Positions 1 to 9,895 are shown, numbered from the stretch's first letter. The stretch: 64,000 bases of DNA from Patescibacteria group bacterium (GCA_040902515.1 JBBDXB010000006.1:268280-332279), one strand, 5' to 3'. Numbers and translations are program-made. Notes: a model not told the origin generated them from the letters alone.

Positions 1-975
1 TCCTCCGGAAGCGGTTCCCGGCCGAGGTCCTGCACCAGGCGGCGCTGGGTCCGGACCAGCTTGTTGATGGTCTCGACCATGTGGACGGGAATCCGGATCG
101 TCCGGGCCTGGTCCGCGATCGCGCGGGTGATCGCCTGACGGATCCACCAGGTGGCATACGTCGAGAACTTGTACCCGCGTTTATAGTCGAACTTGTCTAC
201 GGCACGGAGCAGGCCGGTGTTGCCCTCTTGGATCAGGTCCAGCAGCGGCAGTCCGCGACCGATGTATTTCTTGGCGATCGAGACGACCAGTCGGAGGTTG
301 GCCTCGGCCAAGGCGTCGTGCGCCTTCTTGTCGCCTTTCTCGATCTTCTTCGCCAACTCCACTTCCTGCTCGGCCTTGAGCAGCGGCACCCGGCCGATCT
401 CCCGGAGGTACATCCGGACCGAGTCGTCCTGGATGTCCGTCGTTTCTTCCTCCTCGTCGCCGATATCCTTCTCGGTGTCCTTGGCATCACCCTCTTCCTT
501 GCGTTTCGACACCTGGGGAATCTCCACGTTAAGCTTCTTCAGCGAAGAAATGATTTTCTTTCTGATGTCATCGTCGTCATTGGTCGCCTCCTCGATGTCC
601 TCGGCGGAAACGAACCCTGCGACCTGGCCGCGGCGGAGCAACTTCTTGATCTCCGGTCCGAACTCATGCTTGATCACGACTTCGGCGAAAAGCTCGGAGG
701 GCGACTTCTGCGGTTTCGCTGGCGCTTTGTCCTTGCCGCGGGCAGCCTTCTTCGCCGGCTTCTTGGCTGCCGGTTTCTTTGCCGGTTTCTTCGACGCGGC
801 CTTCGCCTTCGCCGGCGCTTTCTTCGGTGGAGCCTTCTTCGCCGCCGGCTTCTTGGCGCTCGCCTTCTTCACCGGACGTTTCGTTACGGCCTTCTTCGCC
901 GACTTCTTGGCGGCTGGTTTCTTCGACGCGGCCTTCGCCGGAGCTTTCTTCTTGGTGGTGGGAGTCTTAGCCATG
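1..975 (-). CDS. rpoD: RNA polymerase primary sigma factor RpoD (C-terminus runs off the window start). Carries an N-terminal ~85-aa Lys/Ala/Pro-rich tail.
   Basis: Reverse-strand translation from ATG at 975 gives [24 protein letters not shown]... followed by ...[12 protein letters not shown]...[51 protein letters not shown] (sigma-70 regions 1.2-2.4). It lies directly downstream of dnaG in the classic operon order and has no stop codon before position 1. Confidence 0.9.
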
Positions 976-2739
976 AACGGTGTGCTTACTTAAGGATAGG
1001 TATTCTTGCATGAGCCGGTTGCGGCGGTCGGTTTCCCCGGAGGCTTCGGCGCGCTTGATCGCGGCCATCAGCCTGGGCTGGAACCGCCGTACCCAGAGCG
1101 CCTTGAGCCGCGCGTAGAGCCGATCGAATTCCGCGGCGCGTGTGCGCTCGTCCATCGAATCGTATTCGGCAGCTGCCAAGGCACAGACATCAAGAAGCGG
1201 CTTGATCCCCTCGGCGGGATCGCTTCCTGACGTTGTTCCCTTAGTATAGCGAACTTTGAGCGCGTCAGCAGCCTCCCGATAGGGCCCGGAGAAAACCCGG
1301 GTATCCAACGCCGCCAGTTTCTCGCCGATCGCCGGCGTGGTCAAGGCCAACCCTACCATGCGCTCGGAAACGAGGTCCTCGGTAGTCTTCTGCGCCGGTG
1401 CAGGAAGGGAATCTTTCTCTGAGCCATCGCGTTTTGCCGGTCGGCGTACGGATGGTGCGCCGGTGCCGTGAGCGCCGGCCTTCCCAAGCTGCTCCTTGAT
1501 CGATGCCGGCTCCACGCCGAGGGTCATCGCGAGCTGCCCGGCATAGTAGTCCTGGTCCACGCCCGGCCGGTGGCGCAACGCGGGCAGGACGGCATCGAGG
1601 ACGTCGCGGATCGCATCGCGGCCATACGGCGGCTGGTGGCCGGCCAGCGCCCGTGCCATCAGAAAGTCGATCACCGGCTGCGCTTCCGCGACCGCCCGTT
1701 CCCATGCCTTCGGGTCCTGCTTGATCAGCTCGTCGGGATCCTTGGCATCGCCGAGGTCGGTCACGGTGAGCTCGAGGTCGGTCAGGCCGGCCGCGCCGAC
1801 CAGTTCGATCGCACGGAGCATCGCTTTGCGCCCGGCGGCGTCCGCGTCCAACGCGAACACCAGGGTCTTGGCGTAGCGGGCGATCTGCCGGAGCTGCTCT
1901 TCGGTGAGCGCGGTACCGGACACCGCAATCGCCTGTTTCGTCCCCGCCTGGTGGGCCGCCAACACGTCCATCTGCCCTTCGACCAGCACGGCCGCGTCCG
2001 TCCCGATGATCGCCTCTTTGGCCAGGTCGAGCGCGAAGATCAGCCGGCCCTTGTGGTAGATCGCCGTCTCCGGCGTGTTCACGTACTTCGCCTCCTTGGC
2101 GTCGGGGTCCAGCACCCGGCCGGTGAACCCGCGGATCACGCCTTGGCCGTCGGTGATCGGGATCATCACCCGGCCGCGGAACCGCGCGTAGGTGCCACGG
2201 CCCTTTGCGGCGAGACCGGCATCCACCAGCTCCTGCTCGGTGAAATCCTTCTTCTTGAGTGCCGCGACCATGGTGTCGAAGTCGTCCGGCGCGAAACCGA
2301 CGCGGAATTGCTTCAACGTTTCTTCCGTAAGACCACGGTCCTTCAGGTATCCGCGGGCCGCCTTGCCGGTGTCGTGTGCAAGCACCGCCTGGAAGTACCG
2401 CGCGGCCGCCTCGTTCGCCTCGAACAGGCGCTGCTTCTGCTTGTTCGCCTTGGCGTCGAAGCCCTTCAGCTCCACGCCGGCCCGGTTGGCGAGCATCCGA
2501 AGCGCCTCGGTGAAGTCCGCTCGTTCGCGCTTCATCACGAAGTCGAAGAGGTCGCCGCCTTCGTCGCAGCCGAAGCAGTGGAAGCTCTGCCGCTCCGGAT
2601 TGACCATGAAGCTCGGCGTTTTCTCGTTATGGAACGGGCAGAGCCCCTTGAAGTTCCGCCCTGCCTTCTTGAGCGGCACGGATTCGCCAATCACCTGGAC
2701 GATGTCGAGCCGGGTCTTGATGTCGTCGACGTCACTCAT
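967..2739 (-). CDS. dnaG: DNA primase
   Basis: 590-aa ORF with zinc-ribbon [11 protein letters not shown]...HCFGC, a TOPRIM region ([19 protein letters not shown]), and a dnaG-rpoD arrangement. Confidence 0.92.
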   Translation of the reverse strand: MSDVDDIKTRLDIVQVIGESVPLKKAGRNFKGLCPFHNEKTPSFMVNPERQSFHCFGCDEGGDLFDFVMKRERADFTEALRMLANRAGVELKGFDAKANKQKQRLFEANEAAARYFQAVLAHDTGKAARGYLKDRGLTEETLKQFRVGFAPDDFDTMVAALKKKDFTEQELVDAGLAAKGRGTYARFRGRVMIPITDGQGVIRGFTGRVLDPDAKEAKYVNTPETAIYHKGRLIFALDLAKEAIIGTDAAVLVEGQMDVLAAHQAGTKQAIAVSGTALTEEQLRQIARYAKTLVFALDADAAGRKAMLRAIELVGAAGLTDLELTVTDLGDAKDPDELIKQDPKAWERAVAEAQPVIDFLMARALAGHQPPYGRDAIRDVLDAVLPALRHRPGVDQDYYAGQLAMTLGVEPASIKEQLGKAGAHGTGAPSVRRPAKRDGSEKDSLPAPAQKTTEDLVSERMVGLALTTPAIGEKLAALDTRVFSGPYREAADALKVRYTKGTTSGSDPAEGIKPLLDVCALAAAEYDSMDERTRAAEFDRLYARLKALWVRRFQPRLMAAIKRAEASGETDRRNRLMQEYLSLSKHTVHG

Positions 2740-2790
2740 CGGATGCGGTTTCGGTTGGCCGTGCGGTGGTCATGGTGGAATCGAGAAAAA

Positions 2791-2826
2791 GTGAAGAAAT
2801 AAAAATACCCGTGCGTTTTGGGTATT
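2791..2826 (-). terminator. Rho-independent terminator downstream of the FNR-like gene
   Basis: Hairpin aataccc-gtgcgtttt-gggtatt at 2804-2826, followed on the minus strand by a T-rich run (ttttatttc). Confidence 0.5.
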
Positions 2827-2851
2827 CCTCATAAGTATACGGGACGGGGCC

Positions 2852-3559
2852 TCACATGTGCTCGTCCGCGTACCCGGTGAACTCCTCGGTGCGGACCCGC
2901 TGCTGCGGTACGCCGAGCGCGGTCAGTCCGGCGAGCGTGCGGCGGACCATCTCCGGTGGCCCCGAGACCATCCACCAGGTGTCGGGGTACCGCTCAAACC
3001 AGAACTTGAGCGGTTCCGGTTCGAACAGGCCGTACCGTGACTCGAACGTCCGCGTGTCCGCGACGGTAAGCCCGGCCAGATCATCAAGATAAGGCGCCAG
3101 CCCCCGGTCCCGGTTCCAGCAGAAGAGGCCCAGTATTCGATCCACGTGCCTCGAATCCCCGAGCATCGAACAGTACGGCGCGACCCCGATGCCGCCGGCG
3201 ATCAGGGCAATCGGTGCACCATCGACCGGCACGGCGAACGTGCCGAACGGACCCTGGAGCCGCACCGGTGTGCCCTCCGCGATGTCACGAAGGTGTCGCT
3301 TCACCACGCTGTCCGAGTCCCGGTATGCGATGGTGATCCGTTCCGGTTCCTGCGGCGGAGAGACGATCGAGAACTCACGCATGCGATCGGGGATGTCGAG
3401 ACGCCCGTGGTCCGGCATGATCACACTCAGGTACTGGCCGGACCGGAACGGCAGCGGCCGGGCCGAACAGTCGAACGTAAGCTCGAGCGTATCTTTCGCT
3501 ATTTCCCGGCGGCGCAGCAGGAACGCTTCCACGTCGACGATCTCCGCGATCTCTATCAT
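2852..3559 (-). CDS. FAD/NAD(P)-binding oxidoreductase, ferredoxin-NADP reductase-like
   Basis: Translation from the internal Met (MIEIAEIVDVE...) contains an RxYS-type FAD motif (REFSIVS) and GGIGVAP NAD(P)-binding motif. The track ORF extends upstream to 3757, but its N-terminal stretch is Arg-rich and probably spurious. The stop overlaps the start of the DUF1801 gene (ATGA). Confidence 0.6.
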   Translation of the reverse strand: MIEIAEIVDVEAFLLRRREIAKDTLELTFDCSARPLPFRSGQYLSVIMPDHGRLDIPDRMREFSIVSPPQEPERITIAYRDSDSVVKRHLRDIAEGTPVRLQGPFGTFAVPVDGAPIALIAGGIGVAPYCSMLGDSRHVDRILGLFCWNRDRGLAPYLDDLAGLTVADTRTFESRYGLFEPEPLKFWFERYPDTWWMVSGPPEMVRRTLAGLTALGVPQQRVRTEEFTGYADEHM

Positions 3560-4005
3560 CGTTTTCCCCGTGACGATTCGTACAGCATGATGAATGCATC
3601 CACCGGCATCCGGGCCACCGCTTCGCCAATGACTTCCAACGGCAAATCCTCGAGCTTGCGGAACCGGACGCAGGACTTTCCCATGTCGAGCTTCTTGCCG
3701 GCTTTCTCGAATTCCTTCCGGAACCACGCCTCTTCGCCGGCGTGCCCATAGATGCACATGAGGTACACCGCCATGTGGTTTTTCTGCGGGGCGATCGAAG
3801 CGATCGCCAGCGGCTGGCCGTTATAGGTGTCGGGGTACCGTTCAAGCGGGATGAAAAAGCTGATCATCCCATACTGCATGCCCTCCTCGTATCCTTCCGG
3901 GAGATGTTTTCGGATCACATCCCGGACCGCACCGATCGCCTCCCGCCGGTCCGGCAGTAACCCGGCCAAGTATGCCTCGACCGTCTTGGCATCGCTGCTT
4001 ACCAT
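3556..4005 (-). CDS. DUF1801 (YdhG-like) domain protein
   Basis: AKTVEAYLAGLLPDRREAIGAVRDVIRKHLPEGYEEGMQYGMISF... matches the DUF1801 family pattern. Start is placed at the internal Met. Confidence 0.55.
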   Translation of the reverse strand: MVSSDAKTVEAYLAGLLPDRREAIGAVRDVIRKHLPEGYEEGMQYGMISFFIPLERYPDTYNGQPLAIASIAPQKNHMAVYLMCIYGHAGEEAWFRKEFEKAGKKLDMGKSCVRFRKLEDLPLEVIGEAVARMPVDAFIMLYESSRGKR

Positions 4006-4122
4006 GCGGTCATTGTACCGCGGCGTGGCAAGGTATCCGTCCAATCATCCGACATGAGGGTGGTGGGTCGGGGGAGCAAAGGGCTATAAGCGCTTTGGGT
4101 TCCCCCGACCGGTCCACCATGA

Positions 4123-4545
4123 CTACCTCGGGTTGTACAGCACCGCTGTCTTGCGTGAGCACCGCGGGGGCTGGTTCTCGCCGGGGTGGTGCTCGTTGTT
4201 GAAGAGCGGCAGGGTCGGGACAGGTACGTCTCGTGTTCCGGCCGTCATGGAAGTCGTGCAATTGCCCATCTCGCGAAGTGTCATGCGATTCCTGCGCGAG
4301 GCAAGGGTCACGACCTCCACGCTGGTGCAGTCCCGACTGATCTGGTGGCTGGCCGCGACGGGGCGACCGGTGTGGATCACCAGCTTGCACGCCATCTTGC
4401 GCTTTGCGGGCTGGGCGGGCTGTACGCCGTCGAGCAACGGCGCCGCGGTCCGCTGGTCGTTGGCCGGCTCATCATCGATGGCGGGAGCCAGGACGATAAT
4501 CCAGAGTGCCACGCTAATGGCACCTGCGGCGATGTACTTGAGCAT
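4123..4545 (-). CDS. Small secreted hypothetical protein (signal peptide, 4 Cys)
   Basis: 140-aa ORF with GC3-rich codon usage, N-terminal hydrophobic signal-like segment (MLKYIAAGAISVALWIIVLAPA), and strong SD AAGGAGGGAG 4 nt upstream of the ATG. Confidence 0.5.
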   Translation of the reverse strand: MLKYIAAGAISVALWIIVLAPAIDDEPANDQRTAAPLLDGVQPAQPAKRKMACKLVIHTGRPVAASHQISRDCTSVEVVTLASRRNRMTLREMGNCTTSMTAGTRDVPVPTLPLFNNEHHPGENQPPRCSRKTAVLYNPR

Positions 4546-4689
4546 GTTGCTCCCTCCTTAGGGATTGCCAGGGTAGGTTCATGGTGGGTGGTTGGACGGA
4601 TTGCTAAGGAGCGGACAGGGGCGAATGGTATCATCAAATAATACCTTAGTCAAGGCATTATTTAGCAATTTCTCCAACGATCGGCAGGG

Positions 4690-5430
4690 TCAGAGCCCCA
4701 GCCCCTGCTCGAAGTCGGCGATCGGGTCGTACCAGCCTTGGTCGAGGATGAATGCCTGGAGATCGCGGTCAAGGCCGAGCAACACGCCGATGCCGACGAG
4801 CAGGAATAGCGCGCCGACCACCTTCCTGAACGTGCCGTGCGGGTCGGCCGCCCAGCCGAGCTTCCGTACCGCACCCTGGCCGGCGTAGGCCACGAGCAGC
4901 AACGCCCCGGCCAGACCGATGGCGTACGCGACCAGGTATGTGAATCCTTCCCCGAACGAGACCGGCAGGACCGCGGCGACGATCAGCGCGTAGGTCGGGC
5001 TGCAGCTGTTGAAGACCGGTCCGAGCGAAGCGCCGAGGAGCACGTCGCCGCCCACGCCTCCGCGCTGCTTGGCACCGGCCAGCGCCTGGCCGCTCCGGGC
5101 GGACAGGTTCAGCCGCGTGCTCAGCCGTTCCCACCATGCCGGATACAGGAAGTACGTGCCCAGCGCGATGATGATCATGCCGGACAACACCTGCCGGGCT
5201 TCCTGCGGCACCCCGAGCAGCCCGGTCGTCGCCCGGAGGAGCAATGTGAACACGATCACCGAGACCGCCAGGCTGGCGCTGATCACCAGCGGCCGGCGCC
5301 ATTCGCGCCCGGACCGTTCGTCGGCCCCGCGGACGATCGACCCGCCGACGATCACCGGCAGGAGCGGCAACACGCAAGGCGCCGCCACCGTCAGCACACC
5401 GGCGAGGAACGAAAGGACGAGCAGGGCCAT
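4690..5430 (-). CDS. ccdA: Cytochrome c-type biogenesis / thiol-disulfide transporter CcdA (DsbD family)
   Basis: Polytopic membrane protein with a CVLP motif in TM1 and a second conserved Cys (SCSP), as in the CcdA/DsbD-beta family. It lies 4 nt downstream of a membrane thioredoxin gene. Confidence 0.75.
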   Translation of the reverse strand: MALLVLSFLAGVLTVAAPCVLPLLPVIVGGSIVRGADERSGREWRRPLVISASLAVSVIVFTLLLRATTGLLGVPQEARQVLSGMIIIALGTYFLYPAWWERLSTRLNLSARSGQALAGAKQRGGVGGDVLLGASLGPVFNSCSPTYALIVAAVLPVSFGEGFTYLVAYAIGLAGALLLVAYAGQGAVRKLGWAADPHGTFRKVVGALFLLVGIGVLLGLDRDLQAFILDQGWYDPIADFEQGLGL

Positions 5431-5434
5431 CGCT

Positions 5435-5941
5435 TCAGTCCAGGAAGTTGCGCTTGACCGCCTCGAACGTCGGTTCGTCGTAGGCTACGTACACGTCGCC
5501 CTGCGGATCGCCGCTGCCGTCGACTTTCACGAAACTGGTCTGGATCCTGACCCCGTACTTCCGACGGAGATCCTGATGCGAATCGTAGTCCACCTTGATG
5601 ATCGTGTAACCGTCCGGGACTCCCTCTGACCGGATGCCTCGTTCAATCGAACGGCACTGCGGGCACCAGGGGGCGTGGAAGAAGAGGACGCGCTGGCCGG
5701 CGGCCTCGCCCAGGATTCCCTCACGGTAATCCACGTACGTGCCGGCGACTCTCTGTTCAGCAGACCGGTCCGCCGCTTGGACGGGAGCAGCCGTGGCCGT
5801 CGAAGACGCGCTTGGTGTACCCGTCGGTGTCGGCGAGGGTTCGGTTGCCGTCATGTCAGTATCGCCACGGGTCGCCACGAAGATCCCGGACCCCACCACG
5901 AGGATGGAGAACAGACCGATGATGATTGCCTTGGTGCTCAT
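5435..5941 (-). CDS. Membrane-anchored thioredoxin-like protein (ResA/TlpA-like)
   Basis: N-terminal TM anchor, Thr/Pro/Ser-rich linker, and thioredoxin fold with WCPQC active site. Operonic with ccdA. Confidence 0.75.
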   Translation of the reverse strand: MSTKAIIIGLFSILVVGSGIFVATRGDTDMTATEPSPTPTGTPSASSTATAAPVQAADRSAEQRVAGTYVDYREGILGEAAGQRVLFFHAPWCPQCRSIERGIRSEGVPDGYTIIKVDYDSHQDLRRKYGVRIQTSFVKVDGSGDPQGDVYVAYDEPTFEAVKRNFLD

Positions 5942-6028
5942 GCGCTTACCGCTGCAGGCTGACTATATCACTGCCCGCTACCGTTACGAAGCCTCGGCTG
6001 GCTGCTACAATAACCCGTTACATCGACC

Positions 6029-7069
6029 ATGAGGATACGCAGCGAAATCACGTTGGGCAGCATGGATTGGGCCGGACGGCCGGACCGTCCGGCTGACGAT
6101 GCGGAAATAGCGGCGGCGGATTGTCCGGCGCCCGAACTCAACCGTGACCTGTACAATCCGGAGAATGCCGAGCAGCTCGCCCTGATCCGACAACATTGCA
6201 TGGAACATCCGCAGGGCATCCTGTTGGACGTCTACCAAGCCGTCACCGAACTCGAACTAAAGCACCCGCCGGGAAGCCTGGAGGCCCAGCGACGGCACCT
6301 GAAGGGCCTTCGGGGCGAAGTGAAGGAATTGTCGGACGAACTGATGGAGGCCCTGATGAAACATCCGTACCACGCCATGGGGGAGGAGACGGAAGGTCCG
6401 GCCGATGCCTGGATCATGACCGTCCTCGACTACAACCGCCTTCGGTTCAACGACCTGGACGGCGAGCGGAAGAAACACATCCTCGGCGAGCTGGGCGACG
6501 TGCTGTGGTATACCTCACGCGTTGCCGCCGAGGCAGGCAGCAGCCTCTCGCGTTCGTTCGTGACGTTCCTGCGCGATGTGGAAGCCGGCAGGGTCAGGCA
6601 GAGTTACGATCAGGGCTTTGGTGGGACGATTGAAGAACGAGCCGGAGAAATCCTCGATGTCCGGCTGGTGCAGGATATCGCGTTAAGCCAGAAGAAAGCG
6701 TTCACCGTCCCGACGAACGAGGGAACGCCGGTCGAGACGCTGGCCACCATCGACAATATGCCGCACCGGCTGCTGGAGCGGATCTACGGCGACGAGCTGT
6801 ACGCACGGTCGGGCGGTGACGTCTGGGATGCCGAGCGACCGTACGAACACCTACCCCATACGGAAGCGACCGTCGGCAAGCTGGTTTGGTTCGTCGCCTA
6901 CACGTCGAGCTCGCTCCTGAACGCCGATTTCGCTACCGTCATGCGAACCAACCTGGAAAAGATCACGAAACGCAGCCAGCGCGGGACGATCTTCAGCAAG
7001 GAAGACCGTTCCGATGCCGACGAGGCCGAACTGCGGACAGCCCGCAATACCCGCATACCGATCGAGTAG
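6029..7069 (+). CDS. Tandem MazG-like nucleoside triphosphate pyrophosphohydrolase domain protein
   Basis: Two MazG-type motifs: KKHILGELGDVLWY...AAEAG and ATVGKLVWFVAY...NLEKITKR. The start is uncertain (alternative Met at 6062). Confidence 0.5.
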   Translation: MRIRSEITLGSMDWAGRPDRPADDAEIAAADCPAPELNRDLYNPENAEQLALIRQHCMEHPQGILLDVYQAVTELELKHPPGSLEAQRRHLKGLRGEVKELSDELMEALMKHPYHAMGEETEGPADAWIMTVLDYNRLRFNDLDGERKKHILGELGDVLWYTSRVAAEAGSSLSRSFVTFLRDVEAGRVRQSYDQGFGGTIEERAGEILDVRLVQDIALSQKKAFTVPTNEGTPVETLATIDNMPHRLLERIYGDELYARSGGDVWDAERPYEHLPHTEATVGKLVWFVAYTSSSLLNADFATVMRTNLEKITKRSQRGTIFSKEDRSDADEAELRTARNTRIPIE

Positions 7070-7095
7070 TTCCGGCTTCAACCACTTATTGATGC

Positions 7096-7124
7096 TTGAC
7101 ATTTTGCCTCAATAAAGGTATAAT
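7096..7124 (+). promoter_or_regulatory. Consensus sigma-70-type promoter (TTGACA-17-TATAAT)
   Basis: TTGACA at 7096-7101, 17-nt spacer, TATAAT at 7119-7124, in an AT-rich intergenic patch upstream of the ATG at 7147. Confidence 0.6.
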
Positions 7125-7146
7125 TCTTCAATTAATCCTTTTAGGC

Positions 7147-7965
7147 ATGAAAGCTCCTGACAGTCAGGGCCCCGATACACCCCTCTCGGAAACCGAGCAA
7201 TCTGAGCCATCGGCTATTGAGCGCTGGGAGGAACAATCATGGAGATCCGCCCGAGGAGCGGAGTTTACGGCAGTTGATTCGGGTCCCGGACATGACTTGG
7301 CCCGGAGCCTCGGTAACCACTACCGTGACTTGGCACACCGATTCGGTGCTATCGCGCGAGAAGGTGCCCCCGAAGATCGTGACAGCGCCCAGAATAGTTA
7401 CGAAGAAATATCGGGGGTCTCTCGAAGGTATCTTGCCGCCTCGGAGGCCGACGAGATACCGAGTGATCTGCAGGAAGAAATGGAACAGTATTGTGCGGAC
7501 CTAAACGAGGTACTCGACGGACTGGAGGAAGGAAAGTCCGAACGCTGGGATCGACCGGACAATCCGCGTCGCGAAGAAATGCGAAAATCGCTCATGGAAC
7601 TGGTTAGGATGCGCGACGCAAAGCGGAACGCCGCTCCCGAAAACCGATCCTCTGAGGTACCTGAAGATGAGAAGCGGACTCGCATGGCTGTAGCACATTC
7701 AGCGGATAGGATTAAGCATGACTTAATGCTTCGAATACCGCTCGATAGACTTGACTTACAGGCTGGCGACCCACGCTGGAAAACGCTCGCCGACGGTCTT
7801 GGCGAGATCCAGCGAGATCTTCGGAAGGACAGTCGATTGCCCGACGAGCGGAACCCTCAGTATGCCAAGCGTCTCAAGGAACTCCTGGGCAGTATGGCAC
7901 CGGATCAAGACTCCCGGAATGCTATCGACAAGGAGCTTGAGAGCGGTTCCAGGGGCCGCAAATAA
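7147..7965 (+). CDS. Acidic hypothetical protein (Glu/Asp/Arg-rich, no recognisable domain)
   Basis: The track ORF 7096..7965 overlaps the promoter, so the start is set to the first ATG after the -10 (MKAPDSQGPDT...). Codon usage is consistent with the genome. Confidence 0.5.
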   Translation: MKAPDSQGPDTPLSETEQSEPSAIERWEEQSWRSARGAEFTAVDSGPGHDLARSLGNHYRDLAHRFGAIAREGAPEDRDSAQNSYEEISGVSRRYLAASEADEIPSDLQEEMEQYCADLNEVLDGLEEGKSERWDRPDNPRREEMRKSLMELVRMRDAKRNAAPENRSSEVPEDEKRTRMAVAHSADRIKHDLMLRIPLDRLDLQAGDPRWKTLADGLGEIQRDLRKDSRLPDERNPQYAKRLKELLGSMAPDQDSRNAIDKELESGSRGRK

Positions 7966-8019
7966 TCCAACTAGGGTATCGCCCCTCGGGCATACGGGTC
8001 GCCTGAGCGTTTTATCTTG

Positions 8020-8106
8020 CGGAGAGGGAGGGATTCGAACCCCCGAGACCCTTGCGGGCCTGCCGGTTTTCAAGACCGGTGCCTTCAACCACTCGGCCAC
8101 CTCTCC
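8020..8106 (-). tRNA. tRNA-Ser (anticodon TGA)
   Basis: Minus-strand cloverleaf: acceptor GGAGAGG/CCTCTCC, anticodon stem CCGGT/ACCGG with loop CTTGAAA, 18-nt variable arm, T-loop TTCGAAT. 87 nt, no encoded CCA. Confidence 0.88.
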
Positions 8107-8167
8107 GTTTCTGACTGGTAACGTCCCCGTCCAGCTTAGCAGCCGGGCTGCTCCACTCGTCCAGAAC

Positions 8168-8196
8168 TTGACAGAAGGGTTATTTTGTGCTTTAAT
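8168..8196 (+). promoter_or_regulatory. Putative promoter (TTGACA-17-TTTAAT) for the 8249 membrane-protein gene
   Basis: TTGACA at 8168-8173, 17-nt spacer, TTTAAT at 8191-8196. Confidence 0.4.
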
Positions 8197-8248
8197 AGAG
8201 CGATTATCAACTTTCGCACCCGGCGAAGCAGTATAGTCAGGACAGTAC

Positions 8249-8803
8249 ATGTCAAAGCAGAACGACACTTCGGGTCAGCCCGCTCCGACGCAACAGGCGC
8301 CGGAGGAAACAAAAGATGCGCCCACGACCCAGGCGGACGCCGAACGGCCGCTGCTTGCCTGGCAGACCAGGGAATTCCAGGAGTTCGACCGGAACCGGCG
8401 CTGGTATGTCATCGCGCTGGTATTCGGAGCGGCCCTCGTGGCCGGTGCGCTCGTGCTGCAGCAGTGGCTCGCGGCGGCGGTCTTCGCGCTGGCGACCTAC
8501 GTAGTGGTCCGCCACGCCGACGACAAGCCGCGCCTGCTTTCGGTCGCGATCTCCAAGATCGGCGTGGAAATCGGCGGCACGTTCCATCCATACAGCGAAC
8601 TCAAGACGTTCTGGATCATCTACAAGCCACCGGTGAAGACCCTGACGCTCCAAAGCACCAGCCGGTTCCGCCCGCTGATCAAGGTGAATCTGGAGGACGT
8701 CGACCCGCTGGCTGTACAGGACACGCTCAAGGACCATCTCCCGGAGCAGCAGAAGCAGACCGAAGACTTCATCGACAAGTTCAGCCGGTGGATCCGGCTG
8801 TAG
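8249..8803 (+). CDS. Hypothetical membrane protein (two TM helices)
   Basis: 184-aa ORF with a hydrophilic N-terminus, then two hydrophobic segments (WYVIALVFGAALVAGALVL / WLAAAVFALATYVVV). Confidence 0.5.
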   Translation: MSKQNDTSGQPAPTQQAPEETKDAPTTQADAERPLLAWQTREFQEFDRNRRWYVIALVFGAALVAGALVLQQWLAAAVFALATYVVVRHADDKPRLLSVAISKIGVEIGGTFHPYSELKTFWIIYKPPVKTLTLQSTSRFRPLIKVNLEDVDPLAVQDTLKDHLPEQQKQTEDFIDKFSRWIRL

Positions 8804-8860
8804 TCGGACTACTTGGCCGCCGTGCATCCGGGCAAGGTACAATGGGACGCGTGTGCACAC

Positions 8861-8933
8861 GCGCCTGTAGCTCAGTGGATAGAGCGTCGGCTTGCGGAGC
8901 CGGAAGTCGCAGGTTCGAATCCTGCCAGGCGCG
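8861..8933 (+). tRNA. tRNA-Arg (anticodon read as GCG)
   Basis: 73-nt cloverleaf GCGCCTG...CAGGCGCG. Anticodon stem TCGGC/GCCGG with loop TTGCGGA (U33, then GCG). T-loop TTCGAAT. The backbone is nearly identical to the second Arg tRNA. Confidence 0.85.
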
Positions 8934-8962
8934 CATGAGCATACGCTCGAATACCAAACCGC

Positions 8963-9895
8963 ATGAATGAGATCCTGCTCTGGTCGCTGATCTTCCTCGT
9001 CTCGCTGGCGGTGATGCTCCGCGGCGCGGACTGGCTGCTGGTGAGCGGCGAACGGATCGGACGGGCCAAGGGGCTGTCGCCGTTCGTGATCGGCGTGCTG
9101 ATCGTCGGCATCGGGACGTCCCTCCCGGAACTGATCTCCAGCCTCGCGGCGGTCCTGCAGGGCGCCACCGAGATCGTTCCGGCCAACGCGATCGGATCGA
9201 ACATCACCAACATCCTGCTGGTCGTCGGACTCTCCGCGGTGGTCGCCCGGAAGCTCGAAGTCACCAAGAACCTCGTGGACCTGGAGCTGCCACTCCTCGC
9301 CATCGCCACGGCCATGGCCGCCGGTGCGATGGCGGACCGCTCGGTCAGCCAGGCGGAAGGCGCGTTCCTGGTCCTGGCGTTCGCCGTCTATGTCGCATAC
9401 ACGCTACTGTTCCGGGAGCACCCGAAAGCGACCGAAAAGCGACCGAAGACGAACGGCGGCACCGCGCTTAAGCTGATCGCCGGAGCGATCGCACTCGCAA
9501 TCGGCGCCAATTACATAATCGAGTCCGTGGTCAGGCTCGCGGACCTGTTCAACGTCAGTGCCGGGTTGATCACGCTGGCGGCCGTCGCACTCGGCACCTC
9601 GCTACCGGAGCTGACCGTGTCGTTAAAGGCCGCGTTCCGGGGCGACTCGGCGGTGGCGCTGGGGAACATCTTCGGCTCCAATGCGATCAACGCCCTGCTC
9701 GTGCTAGGCCTTCCGGCGCTCTTCACGGGATTGGCCGTCGACCAACAGACGTTCTCCCTGGCCTTGCCGGTCTTCGTGGTGGTCACGCTGCTGTTCATCC
9801 TGTCGGGACTGTCGCGGCGGATCCACATTTACGACGGCGGCCTCTACGTGCTGATCTACTGCTGGTTCATCGGCCGGCTGTTCGGACTGGTCTAG
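8963..9895 (+). CDS. Ca2+/Na+ antiporter (CaCA / YrbG family)
   Basis: Polytopic membrane protein with two alpha-repeat motifs: GTSLPELISS and GTSLPELTVS plus GSNAINALL. Confidence 0.8.
   Translation: MNEILLWSLIFLVSLAVMLRGADWLLVSGERIGRAKGLSPFVIGVLIVGIGTSLPELISSLAAVLQGATEIVPANAIGSNITNILLVVGLSAVVARKLEVTKNLVDLELPLLAIATAMAAGAMADRSVSQAEGAFLVLAFAVYVAYTLLFREHPKATEKRPKTNGGTALKLIAGAIALAIGANYIIESVVRLADLFNVSAGLITLAAVALGTSLPELTVSLKAAFRGDSAVALGNIFGSNAINALLVLGLPALFTGLAVDQQTFSLALPVFVVVTLLFILSGLSRRIHIYDGGLYVLIYCWFIGRLFGLV

Noticed and set aside
1468-2802. Long plus-strand ORF (444 aa) antisense to dnaG, and similar long antisense or alternate-frame ORFs (e.g. 13229..14224, 14688..15674, 20811..21917, 21307..22500, 36267..37265, 48049..50088, 52966..54009, 59015..59992).
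   Set aside because: These are Arg/Pro/Gly/His-rich low-complexity translations typical of antisense frames in high-GC DNA. Each overlaps a well-supported gene with clear motifs on the other strand.
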